DNA of 64,000 nucleotides from an uncultured Rikenella sp. (GCA_964635655.1 CAZWOC010000003.1:13751-77750), one strand, 5' to 3'; shown: positions 35,067 through 44,319, numbered from the stretch's first letter. Numbers and translations are program-made. The notes: generated from the letters alone by a model not told the origin.

Positions 35067-35196
35067 TCTTTCGGGTCATTTAAAAGAGATAACAATTCTC
35101 ATGATTTGGGTGATTTTTTGAAATAGATGAGATTATTTCCGAAATTGCAGCAGCGTGGTGGGTGGTTTACCTTCCGTTGCTTCAATATCTGCCATT

Positions 35197-37062
35197 ATGA
35201 AGAAGATCATATCAACTACATGTTTATTAAGCCTTTTAATGATGTCTTATTCACAGTCATTCAATAATTTTCCTGTATCCACCCAGAAGCCGCCATTGCA
35301 TGGGAAGCACTGGATGGCGGTTACAGGCAAGCCGTTGGCTGCCACTGCCGGGGCCAAGATTTTTGACCGTGGCGGTAATGCGGTTGACGCCGCATGCGCG
35401 ATGCTGGCCGCCTCCTGCACGATGTGGGATGTGTTAAGCTGGGGAGGTGAAACGCAGGCCCTGATTTATAATCCGAAGACCGGCAAGGTCATTGCAATCA
35501 ACGCCCTGGGAGTGGCCCCGACGGGAGCCACTGCTGAGTTCTATAAATCAAAAGGGTACAGATACCCGCCTGAATACGGGCCCCTTGCCGCAGTCACTCC
35601 GGGCACTCCGGGAGGATTGATTGTGATGCTTGCAGAGTACGGCACAATGAGCCTGAAGGAGGTACTGGAGCCGGCAATGGAGATGGCGGCAGGCTATCCG
35701 ATGGAGGCGCAGACGGCCAACTCGGTGGAGCGTGCAAAAAGCAGGATAAAGGAATGGCCTTACTCTGCAAAGGTTTTCCTTCTCCATCCGGGGGAAGAGA
35801 GGGAGGCTCCCTCAGCAGGGGAAGTATTCGTCCAGAACGATCTTCTTGCCACCCTTACAAAACTCGTGGAAGCCGAACAGCAGGCGCTGAAGAAGAAAAA
35901 ATCACGCCGCGATGCCATCTATGCCGCCTATGACCGGTTTTACAGGGGTGACATCGGCGCTGAGTTCGTCCGCGGATGCCAGGAGCAGGGCGGCCTGATC
36001 ACCACAGACGACCTGGCCAACTGGCAGGTTAAGATCGAAGAACCACTTATGACAGAGTATAAGGGGATAGAAGTTTACAAACTGCAGCAGTGGACGCAGG
36101 GCCCGGTGATGCTTCAGACACTCAACATACTTGAGAACTTTGACCTCAGGGAAATGGGGTATAACTCAACGAAATATATCCATACACTTTACCAGGCAAT
36201 GAACCTGGCGTTCGCCGACAGGGATTTTTATTACGGTGATCCCGCTTTCCCGCCCGAAGAACCGATCAGGGGACTGCTCTCGAAGGAATATGCCAGGGAG
36301 CGGAGCAAACTTATCAACCATGACCGCAATGATCCGGATGTCAGGCCTGGTGATCCGTATCCCTTTGAGGGGAAGGTCAATCCCTTTACCACCCTGTTGA
36401 ACACATGGCAGGCAGATGCAGGAAATATTTTTCCGTCTGATGACCCTGAGCAGTACAGCCGTTTTCTTGATTCCTTCCAGGCCGGGACAACCTCAATAGA
36501 GGCTGCTGATGAGGAGGGGTGGGTTGTCTCTGTAACTCCGAGTGGCGGCTGGGTGCCGGCATGCATTGCCGGCAACACCGGCATCGGAATGAGCCAGAGG
36601 ATGCAGAGTTTTGTCCTCGATGAGAGAGAAAATCCGTTCAATGTCGTTGAACCCGGCAAAAGACCGCGGGTGACGCTGACCCCGACCCTGGCATTGAAGG
36701 ACGGCAAGCCGTTTCTCTCCTTCGCCAAACAGGGTGGAGATGAACAGGACCAGTTACTGCTCCAGTTTTTCCTGAACGTGGCGGAGTTCGGCATGACTGT
36801 CCAGGAAGCATGCGAAGCCCCGTCATTCAAGACTATGCAGATGTATTCGAGCTTCGGCGATCACGAGAAGGTTCCCGGGGGGCTGATGCTGAACAACAGC
36901 ATGCCACCATGGGTCAGGAAGGAGCTGTCGTCAATGGGATACAGCCTCTCATTTGCAGAGCGTACCTCCGGGCCTGTTAATGCGATCGGTTTTGACCGCC
37001 TCCATGGCACCTTCTGGGGAGGGTCAAGCAACCACGGGGAGGATTACGGCATAGGATGGTAG
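35197..37062 (+). CDS. gamma-glutamyltransferase family protein (Ntn hydrolase), secreted
   Basis: The ATG at 35197 gives a signal peptide (MKKIISTTCLLSLLMMSYSQS). Also GGNAVDAACA and the autoprocessing/nucleophile region FQAGTTSIEAADEEGWVVSVTPSGG. Confidence 0.8.
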   Translation: MKKIISTTCLLSLLMMSYSQSFNNFPVSTQKPPLHGKHWMAVTGKPLAATAGAKIFDRGGNAVDAACAMLAASCTMWDVLSWGGETQALIYNPKTGKVIAINALGVAPTGATAEFYKSKGYRYPPEYGPLAAVTPGTPGGLIVMLAEYGTMSLKEVLEPAMEMAAGYPMEAQTANSVERAKSRIKEWPYSAKVFLLHPGEEREAPSAGEVFVQNDLLATLTKLVEAEQQALKKKKSRRDAIYAAYDRFYRGDIGAEFVRGCQEQGGLITTDDLANWQVKIEEPLMTEYKGIEVYKLQQWTQGPVMLQTLNILENFDLREMGYNSTKYIHTLYQAMNLAFADRDFYYGDPAFPPEEPIRGLLSKEYARERSKLINHDRNDPDVRPGDPYPFEGKVNPFTTLLNTWQADAGNIFPSDDPEQYSRFLDSFQAGTTSIEAADEEGWVVSVTPSGGWVPACIAGNTGIGMSQRMQSFVLDERENPFNVVEPGKRPRVTLTPTLALKDGKPFLSFAKQGGDEQDQLLLQFFLNVAEFGMTVQEACEAPSFKTMQMYSSFGDHEKVPGGLMLNNSMPPWVRKELSSMGYSLSFAERTSGPVNAIGFDRLHGTFWGGSSNHGEDYGIGW

Positions 37063-37068
37063 AGACAA

Positions 37069-37136
37069 GTCTGAAGGTCTGAGGGTCTGAAGGTCTGAAG
37101 GTCATGCGGTCATGCGGTCATGCGGTCTTGCAGTCA
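37069..37136. repeat. 8-bp direct tandem array: GTCTGAAG, GTCTGAGG, GTCTGAAG x2, GTCATGCG x3, GTCTTGCA (then degenerate)
   Basis: Counted base by base. It starts 6 nt after the GGT-family stop (37060-37062). It uses the same motif as the array at 20637-20724. Confidence 0.95.
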
Positions 37137-37159
37137 GTTATTATATTAATTGTCAACAC

Positions 37160-37222
37160 TATTGCCTATTGCCTATTGCCTAATGCCTATTGCCTGCTGC
37201 TTAATGCCTGCTGCCTATTGCC
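37160..37222. repeat. 7-bp direct tandem array (9 units): TATTGCC x3, TAATGCC, TATTGCC, TGCTGCT, TAATGCC, TGCTGCC, TATTGCC
   Basis: Counted base by base. It ends 19 nt upstream of the -7 box at 37242. It uses the same motif as the array at 41968-41998. Confidence 0.95.
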
Positions 37223-37241
37223 TTATTTCCAACATCATTCT

Positions 37242-37249
37242 TATCTTTG
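37242..37249 (+). promoter_or_regulatory. Bacteroidota -7 promoter box TATCTTTG for the M23-dxr-rseP operon
   Basis: Exact TAnnTTTG match, 22 nt upstream of the ATG at 37271. Confidence 0.5.
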
Positions 37250-37270
37250 TGCCTTCGGTCAGTTAATCAG

Positions 37271-38149
37271 ATGGCAAAGAACGAAAAAAGAAAGGGTAAG
37301 TGGACCGACAGGTTCCGGTTTGCGATTTTCAATGATACAACCTTCGAAGAGCTTTGGCGCATCCGCCTTTCAAAGGCCAATGCGCTTCTGGCGGCAGCGT
37401 TGTTGCTGGTGGTCACCCTTGTCCTTAACACTTCGCTGATAGCATTTACTAATCTCAGGGAGTTTATACCCGGTTACCCGGATGTGGAGATGCGGCGAAA
37501 CATCCTGATGAATGCGATCATGCTCGACTCTCTTGAGCATGAGATCGAAATCAGGGACAAGTATTTCCGTGACCTGAATGACGTGATCTCAGGCAGGCAG
37601 CCAATAACTTCTGTGACCTTGCGTGACAGCACTCGTGACTACACAAATATCGAATTCAGGAAGTCTTCTGAAGATTCACTGTTTCGTTCGCGAGTTGAGC
37701 AGGAGGACAAATTCAGCCTTTCGGCTGCGGCGGTCACCCATGGTGTCACTTTGGAAGTGCAGGCAACCAGCCTTGCGAACATACACTTCTTTCCCCCTGC
37801 CAAAGGGGTCATCTCAAGTAATTTTGACGCCCGTACACGCCATTATGCAACCGACATTGTTACACAATCCAAGGCGGTCGTCTCTTCCACCCTTGACGGT
37901 ACGGTGATAATGACCGGCTGGACAATGGAAACCGGTTTTGTCATAATGATACAGCATGCAAATAACCTGGTGTCTGTCTACAAGCACAATGCCAGGCTGC
38001 TGAAGGAGATGGGTGACAGGGTCAGCGCAGGGGAGGCCATCTCGATCGTAGGTGATTCCGGGGAGCTATACACCTCTGGTCCTCATCTTCACTTCGAACT
38101 CTGGCATAACGGTGAACCCCTTGACCCGACACAGTACATATATTTCTGA
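37271..38149 (+). CDS. M23 family metallopeptidase (LytM/peptidoglycan DD-endopeptidase-like), membrane anchored
   Basis: N-terminal TM (ALLAAALLLVVTLVLNT). C-terminal M23 signatures HYATDIV...MIQHANNLVSVYKHN...GDSGELYTSGPHLHFELWHNGEPLDP. The start is taken at the ATG at 37271. Confidence 0.85.
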   Translation: MAKNEKRKGKWTDRFRFAIFNDTTFEELWRIRLSKANALLAAALLLVVTLVLNTSLIAFTNLREFIPGYPDVEMRRNILMNAIMLDSLEHEIEIRDKYFRDLNDVISGRQPITSVTLRDSTRDYTNIEFRKSSEDSLFRSRVEQEDKFSLSAAAVTHGVTLEVQATSLANIHFFPPAKGVISSNFDARTRHYATDIVTQSKAVVSSTLDGTVIMTGWTMETGFVIMIQHANNLVSVYKHNARLLKEMGDRVSAGEAISIVGDSGELYTSGPHLHFELWHNGEPLDPTQYIYF

Positions 38150-38163
38150 CCCGGGAGCTTGAG

Positions 38164-39330
38164 ATGCATAAACGACTGGCAATCATTGGTTCTACAGGAT
38201 CGATAGGCACCCAGACACTGGGAATAGTGGCCCGTTATCCTGACCGTTTCACTGTCTCCGCACTTACGGCAGGCAGTAATGCCGGGCTTCTGATAGCCCA
38301 GGCACGGCTCTGCCGTCCTGAAAAAGTTGTAATTGGCAACGAGGCATTTTACGGGGTTGTACGGGACGGTCTTGCTGACCTTGGCATTGAGGTGATGGCA
38401 GGGCAGAAGGCAGTGGAGGAAGTTGCATCTTCCGGAAGCATCGACACTGTTGTTGCGGCTATGGTCGGTTTCGCCGGTCTTCGCCCCACTGCTGCCGCTG
38501 TAGCTGCAGGAAGAGAGGTGGCCCTGGCCAACAAGGAGACCCTTGTGGTTGCCGGAGAGATGATCACCCGCACAGCTGCTTTGACAGGATCAAAGCTACT
38601 TCCGGTGGATTCAGAGCACTCAGCAATTATGCAATGTCTCAACGGCGAACCTGAAAACTCTGTGGAAAGGCTGATTCTCACCGCCTCGGGCGGCCCTTTC
38701 CGTGACACCCCGGCAGACAGACTCGCAAAGGTGACACCCCTCGAGGCACTGCGCCATCCGAACTGGACCATGGGCAGCAAGATCACAATTGACTCTGCGA
38801 CGCTTATGAACAAGGGGCTGGAGATTATCGAGGCACACTGGCTCTTCGGTACCCCTGCAGACAGTATCGATGTGGTTGTACACCCTCAGTCAATCATCCA
38901 CTCAATGGTACAGTTTTCAGACGGATCGGTCAAAGCCCAGCTCGGGGTGCCTGACATGAGGCTTCCAATCATATATGCACTGACATATCCTGAAAGGGTT
39001 TTTACCGAGCTTCCACGCCCTGACCTTGCTGACATAGGCTCACTTACCTTCGCAGAGCCGGATATGCTGAGGTTTCGCTGTCTGGCGCTGGCCCGTACAG
39101 CCCTTAAAAGCGGGGGCAACATGCCGTGCGCACTCAACGCGGCCAATGAGGCAGCTGTGGCAGCTTTTCTTCACGAACAGATAGGATTCAATGATATTGC
39201 CGGAACCGTCGAACATGTCCTCGGAAAAACAGATTTCAACAGTGAGGCATCTCTCGATGTTTATTCTGAAACAGACATGAAAAGCCGGTTAATTGCTAAC
39301 GAGTACATTAAAAAAGTTCAGAAAAAATGA
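38164..39330 (+). CDS. dxr: 1-deoxy-D-xylulose-5-phosphate reductoisomerase
   Basis: LAIIGSTGSIGTQTL (NADPH site), LANKETLV, DSEHSAI, ASGGPFR, HPNWTMG. Confidence 0.95.
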   Translation: MHKRLAIIGSTGSIGTQTLGIVARYPDRFTVSALTAGSNAGLLIAQARLCRPEKVVIGNEAFYGVVRDGLADLGIEVMAGQKAVEEVASSGSIDTVVAAMVGFAGLRPTAAAVAAGREVALANKETLVVAGEMITRTAALTGSKLLPVDSEHSAIMQCLNGEPENSVERLILTASGGPFRDTPADRLAKVTPLEALRHPNWTMGSKITIDSATLMNKGLEIIEAHWLFGTPADSIDVVVHPQSIIHSMVQFSDGSVKAQLGVPDMRLPIIYALTYPERVFTELPRPDLADIGSLTFAEPDMLRFRCLALARTALKSGGNMPCALNAANEAAVAAFLHEQIGFNDIAGTVEHVLGKTDFNSEASLDVYSETDMKSRLIANEYIKKVQKK

Positions 39331-40652
39331 CAGTCCTGATAAAAATACTGCAGTTGCTTCTTTCTCTTTCAATCCTGGTGATTGTCCATGAGTTCGGACA
39401 TTTTCTCTTTGCCCGTATCTTCAAAACGAGGGTTGAAAAATTTTACCTGTTTTTTGACTGGCCATGGGCTATTTTCAAGAAAAAATTCGGCGAAACCGAA
39501 TATGGTGTCGGGATGATTCCCCTTGGCGGTTACGTCAAGATATCAGGGATGATCGACGAATCAATGGACCGGGAGCAGATGAAACTGCCGCCTCAGCCTT
39601 ATGAGTTCAGATCAAAGACAGCCTGGCAGAGGCTTATGATAATGCTCGGCGGAGTGTTTTTCAACTTTATCTTCGCATTGCTTATCTACGTGGGTGTTCT
39701 GAGTCTCTGGGGAGAGACTTACCTCTCTGCCGGAAATGTAAAATACGGGATACTGACCGATTCCACAGGTTATGCGATGGGACTCCGGAACGGCGATAAG
39801 ATTATTGCCGTAGACGGCAAACCGGTTGATAACTTCTATGCGATCATACCTGACATTCTGTTGAATGAGCGTCAGGAAATCACAGTAGACCGCAATGGTG
39901 AGATTGTTGACATCCCTGTGCTTCGCGAGTTCATCCCCGCGCTTCTCAAGAACCCTGATATTATCGATGCCAGGATACCTTTCGGGCCGTTCCTTATTTC
40001 GGAAGTTGCAGACAAGTCACCTGCCGCTGCCGCGGGAATTGCCGCAGGTGACGAGATCATCGCCATTGACGGAAATCCCTTTTTATGGTATGATGAGTTC
40101 CAGTCATACCTGTCGACGCACCGGACCAGGCCAGTCACGGTATCAGTCAGGAGGGGGGAGGAGCTGATGGATCTTACAGTAAATACGACCGAAGCCGGAG
40201 TTCTTGGAGTTTACCGCGAAGCTGCGAATATTTTCGAGCTGAGCACAAGACACTACAATTTCTTCGAGGCAATACCGGCCGGGATCTCAAAGGGATGGAA
40301 GACAACAGGCGATTACCTCAAACAGTTCAAGCTGATCTTTGCAAAGGATACAAAGGGTTATGAATCACTTGGCGGTTTTATTACAATCGGCAGCATCTTC
40401 CCAGGAAGATGGAACTGGCAGTCGTTCTGGAACCTGACCGCTTTCTTGTCACTGATACTTGCAGTGATGAATATCCTTCCCATTCCCGCACTTGACGGAG
40501 GGCATGTTATGTTCCTGATCTTCGAGGTGGTGACAGGCAGAAAACCGAGTGACAAATTCCTTGAATATTCACAGATAGTCGGAATGGTCATCCTCTTTGC
40601 CCTGCTGATATTCGCCAACGGAAATGACATCCTGAAGCTTATCAGGAAATGA
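39327..40652 (+). CDS. rseP: RIP zinc metalloprotease RseP (site-2 protease) with PDZ domains
   Basis: HEFGHF zinc motif, two PDZ-like regions, and the C-terminal NILPIPALDGGH motif. There is a 4-nt overlap with dxr, a conserved dxr-rseP arrangement. Confidence 0.9.
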   Translation: MTVLIKILQLLLSLSILVIVHEFGHFLFARIFKTRVEKFYLFFDWPWAIFKKKFGETEYGVGMIPLGGYVKISGMIDESMDREQMKLPPQPYEFRSKTAWQRLMIMLGGVFFNFIFALLIYVGVLSLWGETYLSAGNVKYGILTDSTGYAMGLRNGDKIIAVDGKPVDNFYAIIPDILLNERQEITVDRNGEIVDIPVLREFIPALLKNPDIIDARIPFGPFLISEVADKSPAAAAGIAAGDEIIAIDGNPFLWYDEFQSYLSTHRTRPVTVSVRRGEELMDLTVNTTEAGVLGVYREAANIFELSTRHYNFFEAIPAGISKGWKTTGDYLKQFKLIFAKDTKGYESLGGFITIGSIFPGRWNWQSFWNLTAFLSLILAVMNILPIPALDGGHVMFLIFEVVTGRKPSDKFLEYSQIVGMVILFALLIFANGNDILKLIRK

Positions 40653-40690
40653 TAATTGCTGTAAAGTGAACAGCGGACGTTAAGATTTTG

Positions 40691-40698
40691 TACATTTG
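40691..40698 (+). promoter_or_regulatory. Bacteroidota -7 promoter box TACATTTG for tatA
   Basis: Exact TAnnTTTG match, 22 nt upstream of the ATG at 40720. Confidence 0.5.
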
Positions 40699-40719
40699 CA
40701 TAAATAAATACACAGAGAT

Positions 40720-40893
40720 ATGTCAAAGATCGGACCTCTTGAAATAATCCTGATACTTCTGGTTGTTGTACTGCTGTTTGGCGGAAGGAAGATTCCCGAG
40801 TTGATGAAAGGGATAGGGCAGGGCCTGAAGGAATTTAAGAAAGCCAAGGACACTGGCGAAGATGCCGATAAAGGCACCCCAAAGGAAAACTAG
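40720..40893 (+). CDS. tatA: twin-arginine translocase subunit TatA/E (57 aa; below the ORF-track cutoff)
   Basis: Translated by hand: [57 protein letters not shown]. It has the canonical TatA TM helix, the FG hinge and an amphipathic helix. Confidence 0.85.
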   Translation: MSKIGPLEIILILLVVVLLFGGRKIPELMKGIGQGLKEFKKAKDTGEDADKGTPKEN

Positions 40894-40914
40894 GATAAGA
40901 AAATCTTATATTTG

Positions 40915-40945
40915 AGCCTGCATGAGAGTGCGGGCTTTTTGTTTT
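40915..40945 (+). terminator. rho-independent terminator after tatA
   Basis: 8-bp stem agcctgca / tgcgggct (one G-U pair), 6-nt loop, followed by TTTTGTTTT. Confidence 0.65.
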
Positions 40946-40959
40946 ATACCCGATTTGCA

Positions 40960-41955
40960 ATGAACAGATACCTGATTTTTTCCGTGATTGTGACAGCACT
41001 GCTTGCCTCATGCGGTGATTCGTCGCTGACAAGAACACTCCCGAATGTGACAGGAACAACCGGGGAGGTACTGGTTGTTATGGAACAGTTCATGTGGGAC
41101 GGCAGCCCCGGCAAAGCTGTCAGGGAATATGTCAGTCCCGTTCTGGCCGGTCTGCCGCAGCCGTCTGAACCGGCTTTCACAATTCTTCCGATCCGTCCCG
41201 GGGGATTCCGCGATCTTTATGTCTCACACCGCAACATAATACAGGTCAGCGCCGTGCCCGGCCTCGAAAAGCCGGTTGTAGGATACACACGCAACAAATG
41301 GGCGGAAACCCAGCTTGTGGTAACAGTAACTGCATCGGATACCGCTTCACTTGCAGCAACCCTCAGGGAAAACGGTGAAGCTATACGGCGAAGCATCAAC
41401 AGTGTGGAGCGTGAGCGGCTTACAGACTGGCTGACAACCTCCGCAGGGAAGGAGAGGAGTATACTTAATGCCGGCGAAACACAGTGGGAGCTGGTTCATC
41501 CCGCAGGCTGGAAACCAGATTTCAACCGTGAAGGAATAATGATGATCTCGCTGGAGACGCCGTCAACAACACAATCGGTAATGGTCTCTGTAACAGATCG
41601 TGCAGCTCCCCGGATAGGGTGCATTGAGCTTGCCGACCTGGCACAGAAAAGAATGTCCGAAGAGGTTAAAGGGCCTGACGGCGGATCATTCATGGTCATC
41701 GAACAGCAGGTGCCTGTCACTTGCCGGTCATTCCGGCGGAATGAGACAGATTATATCGAAATGAGGGGTTTATGGACGCTCGAGGGTGGTTTTATGGGTG
41801 GGCCGTTCATCTCCTATGCCTTTATTGATTCGGCCACCACGAGGGCGGTGGTGGTTACCGGGTTTGTCTACGCCCCCAGGGAAGAAAAGAGGGAGCTCCT
41901 CCGGCAGGTGGAGGCACTGATGTACACGGTAAAAAAGCGCCCGGAACAGGGATGA
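40960..41955 (+). CDS. hypothetical lipoprotein (resembles what I recall of the DUF4837 family)
   Basis: The ATG at 40960 gives MNRYLIFSVIVTALLASC (lipobox), and the track's earlier start lies inside the tatA terminator. Motif LPNVTGTTGEVLVVM...W.G..G. The family name is from memory only. Confidence 0.5.
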   Translation: MNRYLIFSVIVTALLASCGDSSLTRTLPNVTGTTGEVLVVMEQFMWDGSPGKAVREYVSPVLAGLPQPSEPAFTILPIRPGGFRDLYVSHRNIIQVSAVPGLEKPVVGYTRNKWAETQLVVTVTASDTASLAATLRENGEAIRRSINSVERERLTDWLTTSAGKERSILNAGETQWELVHPAGWKPDFNREGIMMISLETPSTTQSVMVSVTDRAAPRIGCIELADLAQKRMSEEVKGPDGGSFMVIEQQVPVTCRSFRRNETDYIEMRGLWTLEGGFMGGPFISYAFIDSATTRAVVVTGFVYAPREEKRELLRQVEALMYTVKKRPEQG

Positions 41956-41967
41956 CGGGGCCAGCAC

Positions 41968-41998
41968 TATTGCCTACTGCCTATTGCCTACTGCCTAT
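41968..41998. repeat. 7-bp direct tandem array: TATTGCC, TACTGCC, TATTGCC, TACTGCC, TATTCC-
   Basis: Counted base by base. It lies between convergent genes, 12 nt after the plus-strand stop, and overlaps the minus-strand stop (41995-41997). Confidence 0.9.
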
Positions 41999-43086
41999 TC
42001 CACAGGAACATAACGCTGGTCCCTCCTGACCGGTGTGAATCCTGCCTCCTGTATTATCTGCTTCATGGATTCCGGGCTTACGCGGAAAGGTTCACCAGCA
42101 GCGCTGACTACATTCTCCTCAATCATTACAGACCCGAGGTCATTGGCACCGCAGTGAAGTGAGATCATAGCAGTCTCCCTGCCAACGGTGAGTATGGAGG
42201 CCTGGATATTCGGAATGTTGTCGAGCATCAGCCTGCTTATGGCTATCAGTCTCAGGTACTCTGAAGATGTGGTTGTGTTATGGATGCCGTCAATTTCTGC
42301 AAGCCGGGTGCCGCGGTCCATGAACGGCCACGGGATGAAAGTGATGAATCCGTCGTGACCTTCAGGCCTGGCATCCTGCAGTCTGCGCAACATGTCGAGG
42401 TGCCCGAGCCGCTCTCTTACAGTTTCGGCATGGCCGAACATCATTGTCGCAGAGGTAGGCAGGTTGAGTTTGTGTGCTTCCCTCATCACACCCAGCCATT
42501 CGGCGACAGTAGCTTTGACGGGGGAGATAAGTTTCCTGACCCTGTCAGAGAGTATCTCAGCTCCGGCGCCGGGAAGTGAATCGAGGCCGGCATCACGAAG
42601 GGCCACAAGCACTTCATGGAAGCCCATTTTCTCAGACTTCGCCAGCCATGCCACCTCCGGAGGGCCAAGTGCATGCAGTTTAATCCCTGGCCAGCGGCTC
42701 TTGAGCCTTCTGAACAGGCCTGTGTAAAAGTCGAGTCCCAGGGCCGGATTCATTCCACCCTGCAACAGCAGCTGGTCGCCTCCGAGCGCCACAAGCTCCT
42801 CTATCTTGCGGTCATACTCCTCATCCGTTGTTACATACGCATCATCATGCCTGGCGGTGGTACAGAAGTTGCAGAAACGGCACTGTGAGAAGCATATGTT
42901 GGTGATATTTACATTCCGGTCAATCATCCAGCCGACGTGGTTTCCGGGATGCAGTCTCTGACGGGTCAGATCGGCAACATACATCAGCTCCCCGAGTGGA
43001 GCCTCTTCCCATAAGCCGAGTGCCTCATCAACATCAAGGCGGCCTCCTGAGACCAGCCTTTCATAAATATGTTCCCTGATTCCCAT
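41995..43086 (-). CDS. radical SAM enzyme of the MqnC/MqnE/CofH family (futalosine-pathway menaquinone biosynthesis type)
   Basis: Start at the ATG at 43086 (MGIREHIYERL...). Cluster motif CFSQCRFCNFC (CxxxCxxC). C-terminal MIEENVVSAAGEPF...IQEAGFTPVRRDQRY is typical of this subfamily. I cannot discriminate MqnC from MqnE by eye. Confidence 0.7.
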   Translation of the reverse strand: MGIREHIYERLVSGGRLDVDEALGLWEEAPLGELMYVADLTRQRLHPGNHVGWMIDRNVNITNICFSQCRFCNFCTTARHDDAYVTTDEEYDRKIEELVALGGDQLLLQGGMNPALGLDFYTGLFRRLKSRWPGIKLHALGPPEVAWLAKSEKMGFHEVLVALRDAGLDSLPGAGAEILSDRVRKLISPVKATVAEWLGVMREAHKLNLPTSATMMFGHAETVRERLGHLDMLRRLQDARPEGHDGFITFIPWPFMDRGTRLAEIDGIHNTTTSSEYLRLIAISRLMLDNIPNIQASILTVGRETAMISLHCGANDLGSVMIEENVVSAAGEPFRVSPESMKQIIQEAGFTPVRRDQRYVPVE

Positions 43087-43212
43087 CCTGTGACCTCCTG
43101 CGCATCGTAGCCGGAGTGTGTAAAGGTAATATTTTAAAGCAAAACCAATCAATAATTTGATTAACTTTACCACCCTGAACAGCCTCATTGCTGCTCGTCA
43201 GACCTGATTCAC

Positions 43213-44319
43213 ATGAATAAAAAAACTATAATTGCCGGTATTACCCAGGGAGACATTAACGGAATAGGGTATGAGATAATTATAAAGGCTCTTTCTGACC
43301 CTGCCACCACTGATCTGTGTGTGCCGGTTGTGTACGGATCGCCGAAGGTAGCGGCTTATCACCGCAAGGTACTTAATGTCACCAATTTCAATTTTAACAA
43401 TATCCATTCGGTCGCTGAGGCTCACCCGAAAAAGGTAAATCTTGTCAATTGCCTTGGAGATGATGTCAGGGTTGAACTTGGCAAATCAACACCTGAGGGC
43501 GGCCAGGCTTCCTTGGCCTCTCTCGAAGCTGCCGTAGCGGATCTGACTGCAGGGAAGATCGATGTGCTGGTGACTGCACCCATTGACAAGAACAACATCC
43601 AGTCGGATAAGTTCCGGTTTACCGGTCATACTGATTACCTCAGGTCTAAGGTTGGTTCACAGCAGGTTCTGATGCTGATGATCTCGGAGAGCATGAAGAT
43701 CGGTTTTGTGACGGAACATCTGCCGCTGAAGGATGTGCCGGGCGCCATAACTGTCAGCGGCATAGTGGCCAAGCTCAGGTTACTGAACAGGTCGCTGTTG
43801 CAGGACTTTGCCATACGTGGACCCCGTATCGGAGTGCTTAGCCTCAATCCTCATGCCGGCGACGGTGGTCTCCTGGGGAATGAAGAGAAGGATATTATAA
43901 TTCCTGCAATCACAAAGGCAAATGACGAGGGCATTCTTGCCTTCGGTCCGTACTCATCTGACGGGTTCTTCGGATCAGGCACTTTCAGACGGTTTGATGC
44001 CGTTCTGGCCATGTACCATGATCAGGGTATGGGAGCGTTCAAGGCCATGGCCTTTGACACAGGAGTCAATTTCACGGCAGGGCTTCCGGTAATCAGGACT
44101 TCGCCTGTGCATGGCACCGCATTCGACATAACAGGGAAAAACGAAGCATCCGGTAATTCGATGCGGCAGGCTCTCTATGCTGCAGTAGATATTTTCCGTA
44201 ACAGGGAGTTGTACGATGAGATGTTGCTCAACCCGTTACAGCCTCAGAAGATAGAGATACACCCTGAACATGTCGATGAGCTCCCGCCTGAAACAGAAAA
44301 CGACGACCACGGATTATGA
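43213..44319 (+). CDS. pdxA: 4-hydroxythreonine-4-phosphate dehydrogenase
   Basis: ITQGDINGIGYEIIIKAL, FTGHTDYL, LNPHAGDGG, MYHDQG. Confidence 0.9.
   Translation: MNKKTIIAGITQGDINGIGYEIIIKALSDPATTDLCVPVVYGSPKVAAYHRKVLNVTNFNFNNIHSVAEAHPKKVNLVNCLGDDVRVELGKSTPEGGQASLASLEAAVADLTAGKIDVLVTAPIDKNNIQSDKFRFTGHTDYLRSKVGSQQVLMLMISESMKIGFVTEHLPLKDVPGAITVSGIVAKLRLLNRSLLQDFAIRGPRIGVLSLNPHAGDGGLLGNEEKDIIIPAITKANDEGILAFGPYSSDGFFGSGTFRRFDAVLAMYHDQGMGAFKAMAFDTGVNFTAGLPVIRTSPVHGTAFDITGKNEASGNSMRQALYAAVDIFRNRELYDEMLLNPLQPQKIEIHPEHVDELPPETENDDHGL

Noticed and set aside
35037-35196. Looked for a yybP-ykoY (Mn2+) riboswitch upstream of the TerC/Alx-family gene
   Set aside because: An exact -7 box lies only 22 nt from the ATG, which leaves a leader too short for a riboswitch. 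I also saw no conserved riboswitch core sequence.
37104-37439. 111-aa plus-strand ORF (…AYCLLPNAYCLLLNACCLLPYF…)
   Set aside because: It reads through the 8-mer and 7-mer tandem arrays and then overlaps the M23 gene out of frame. It is an artefact of the repeats.
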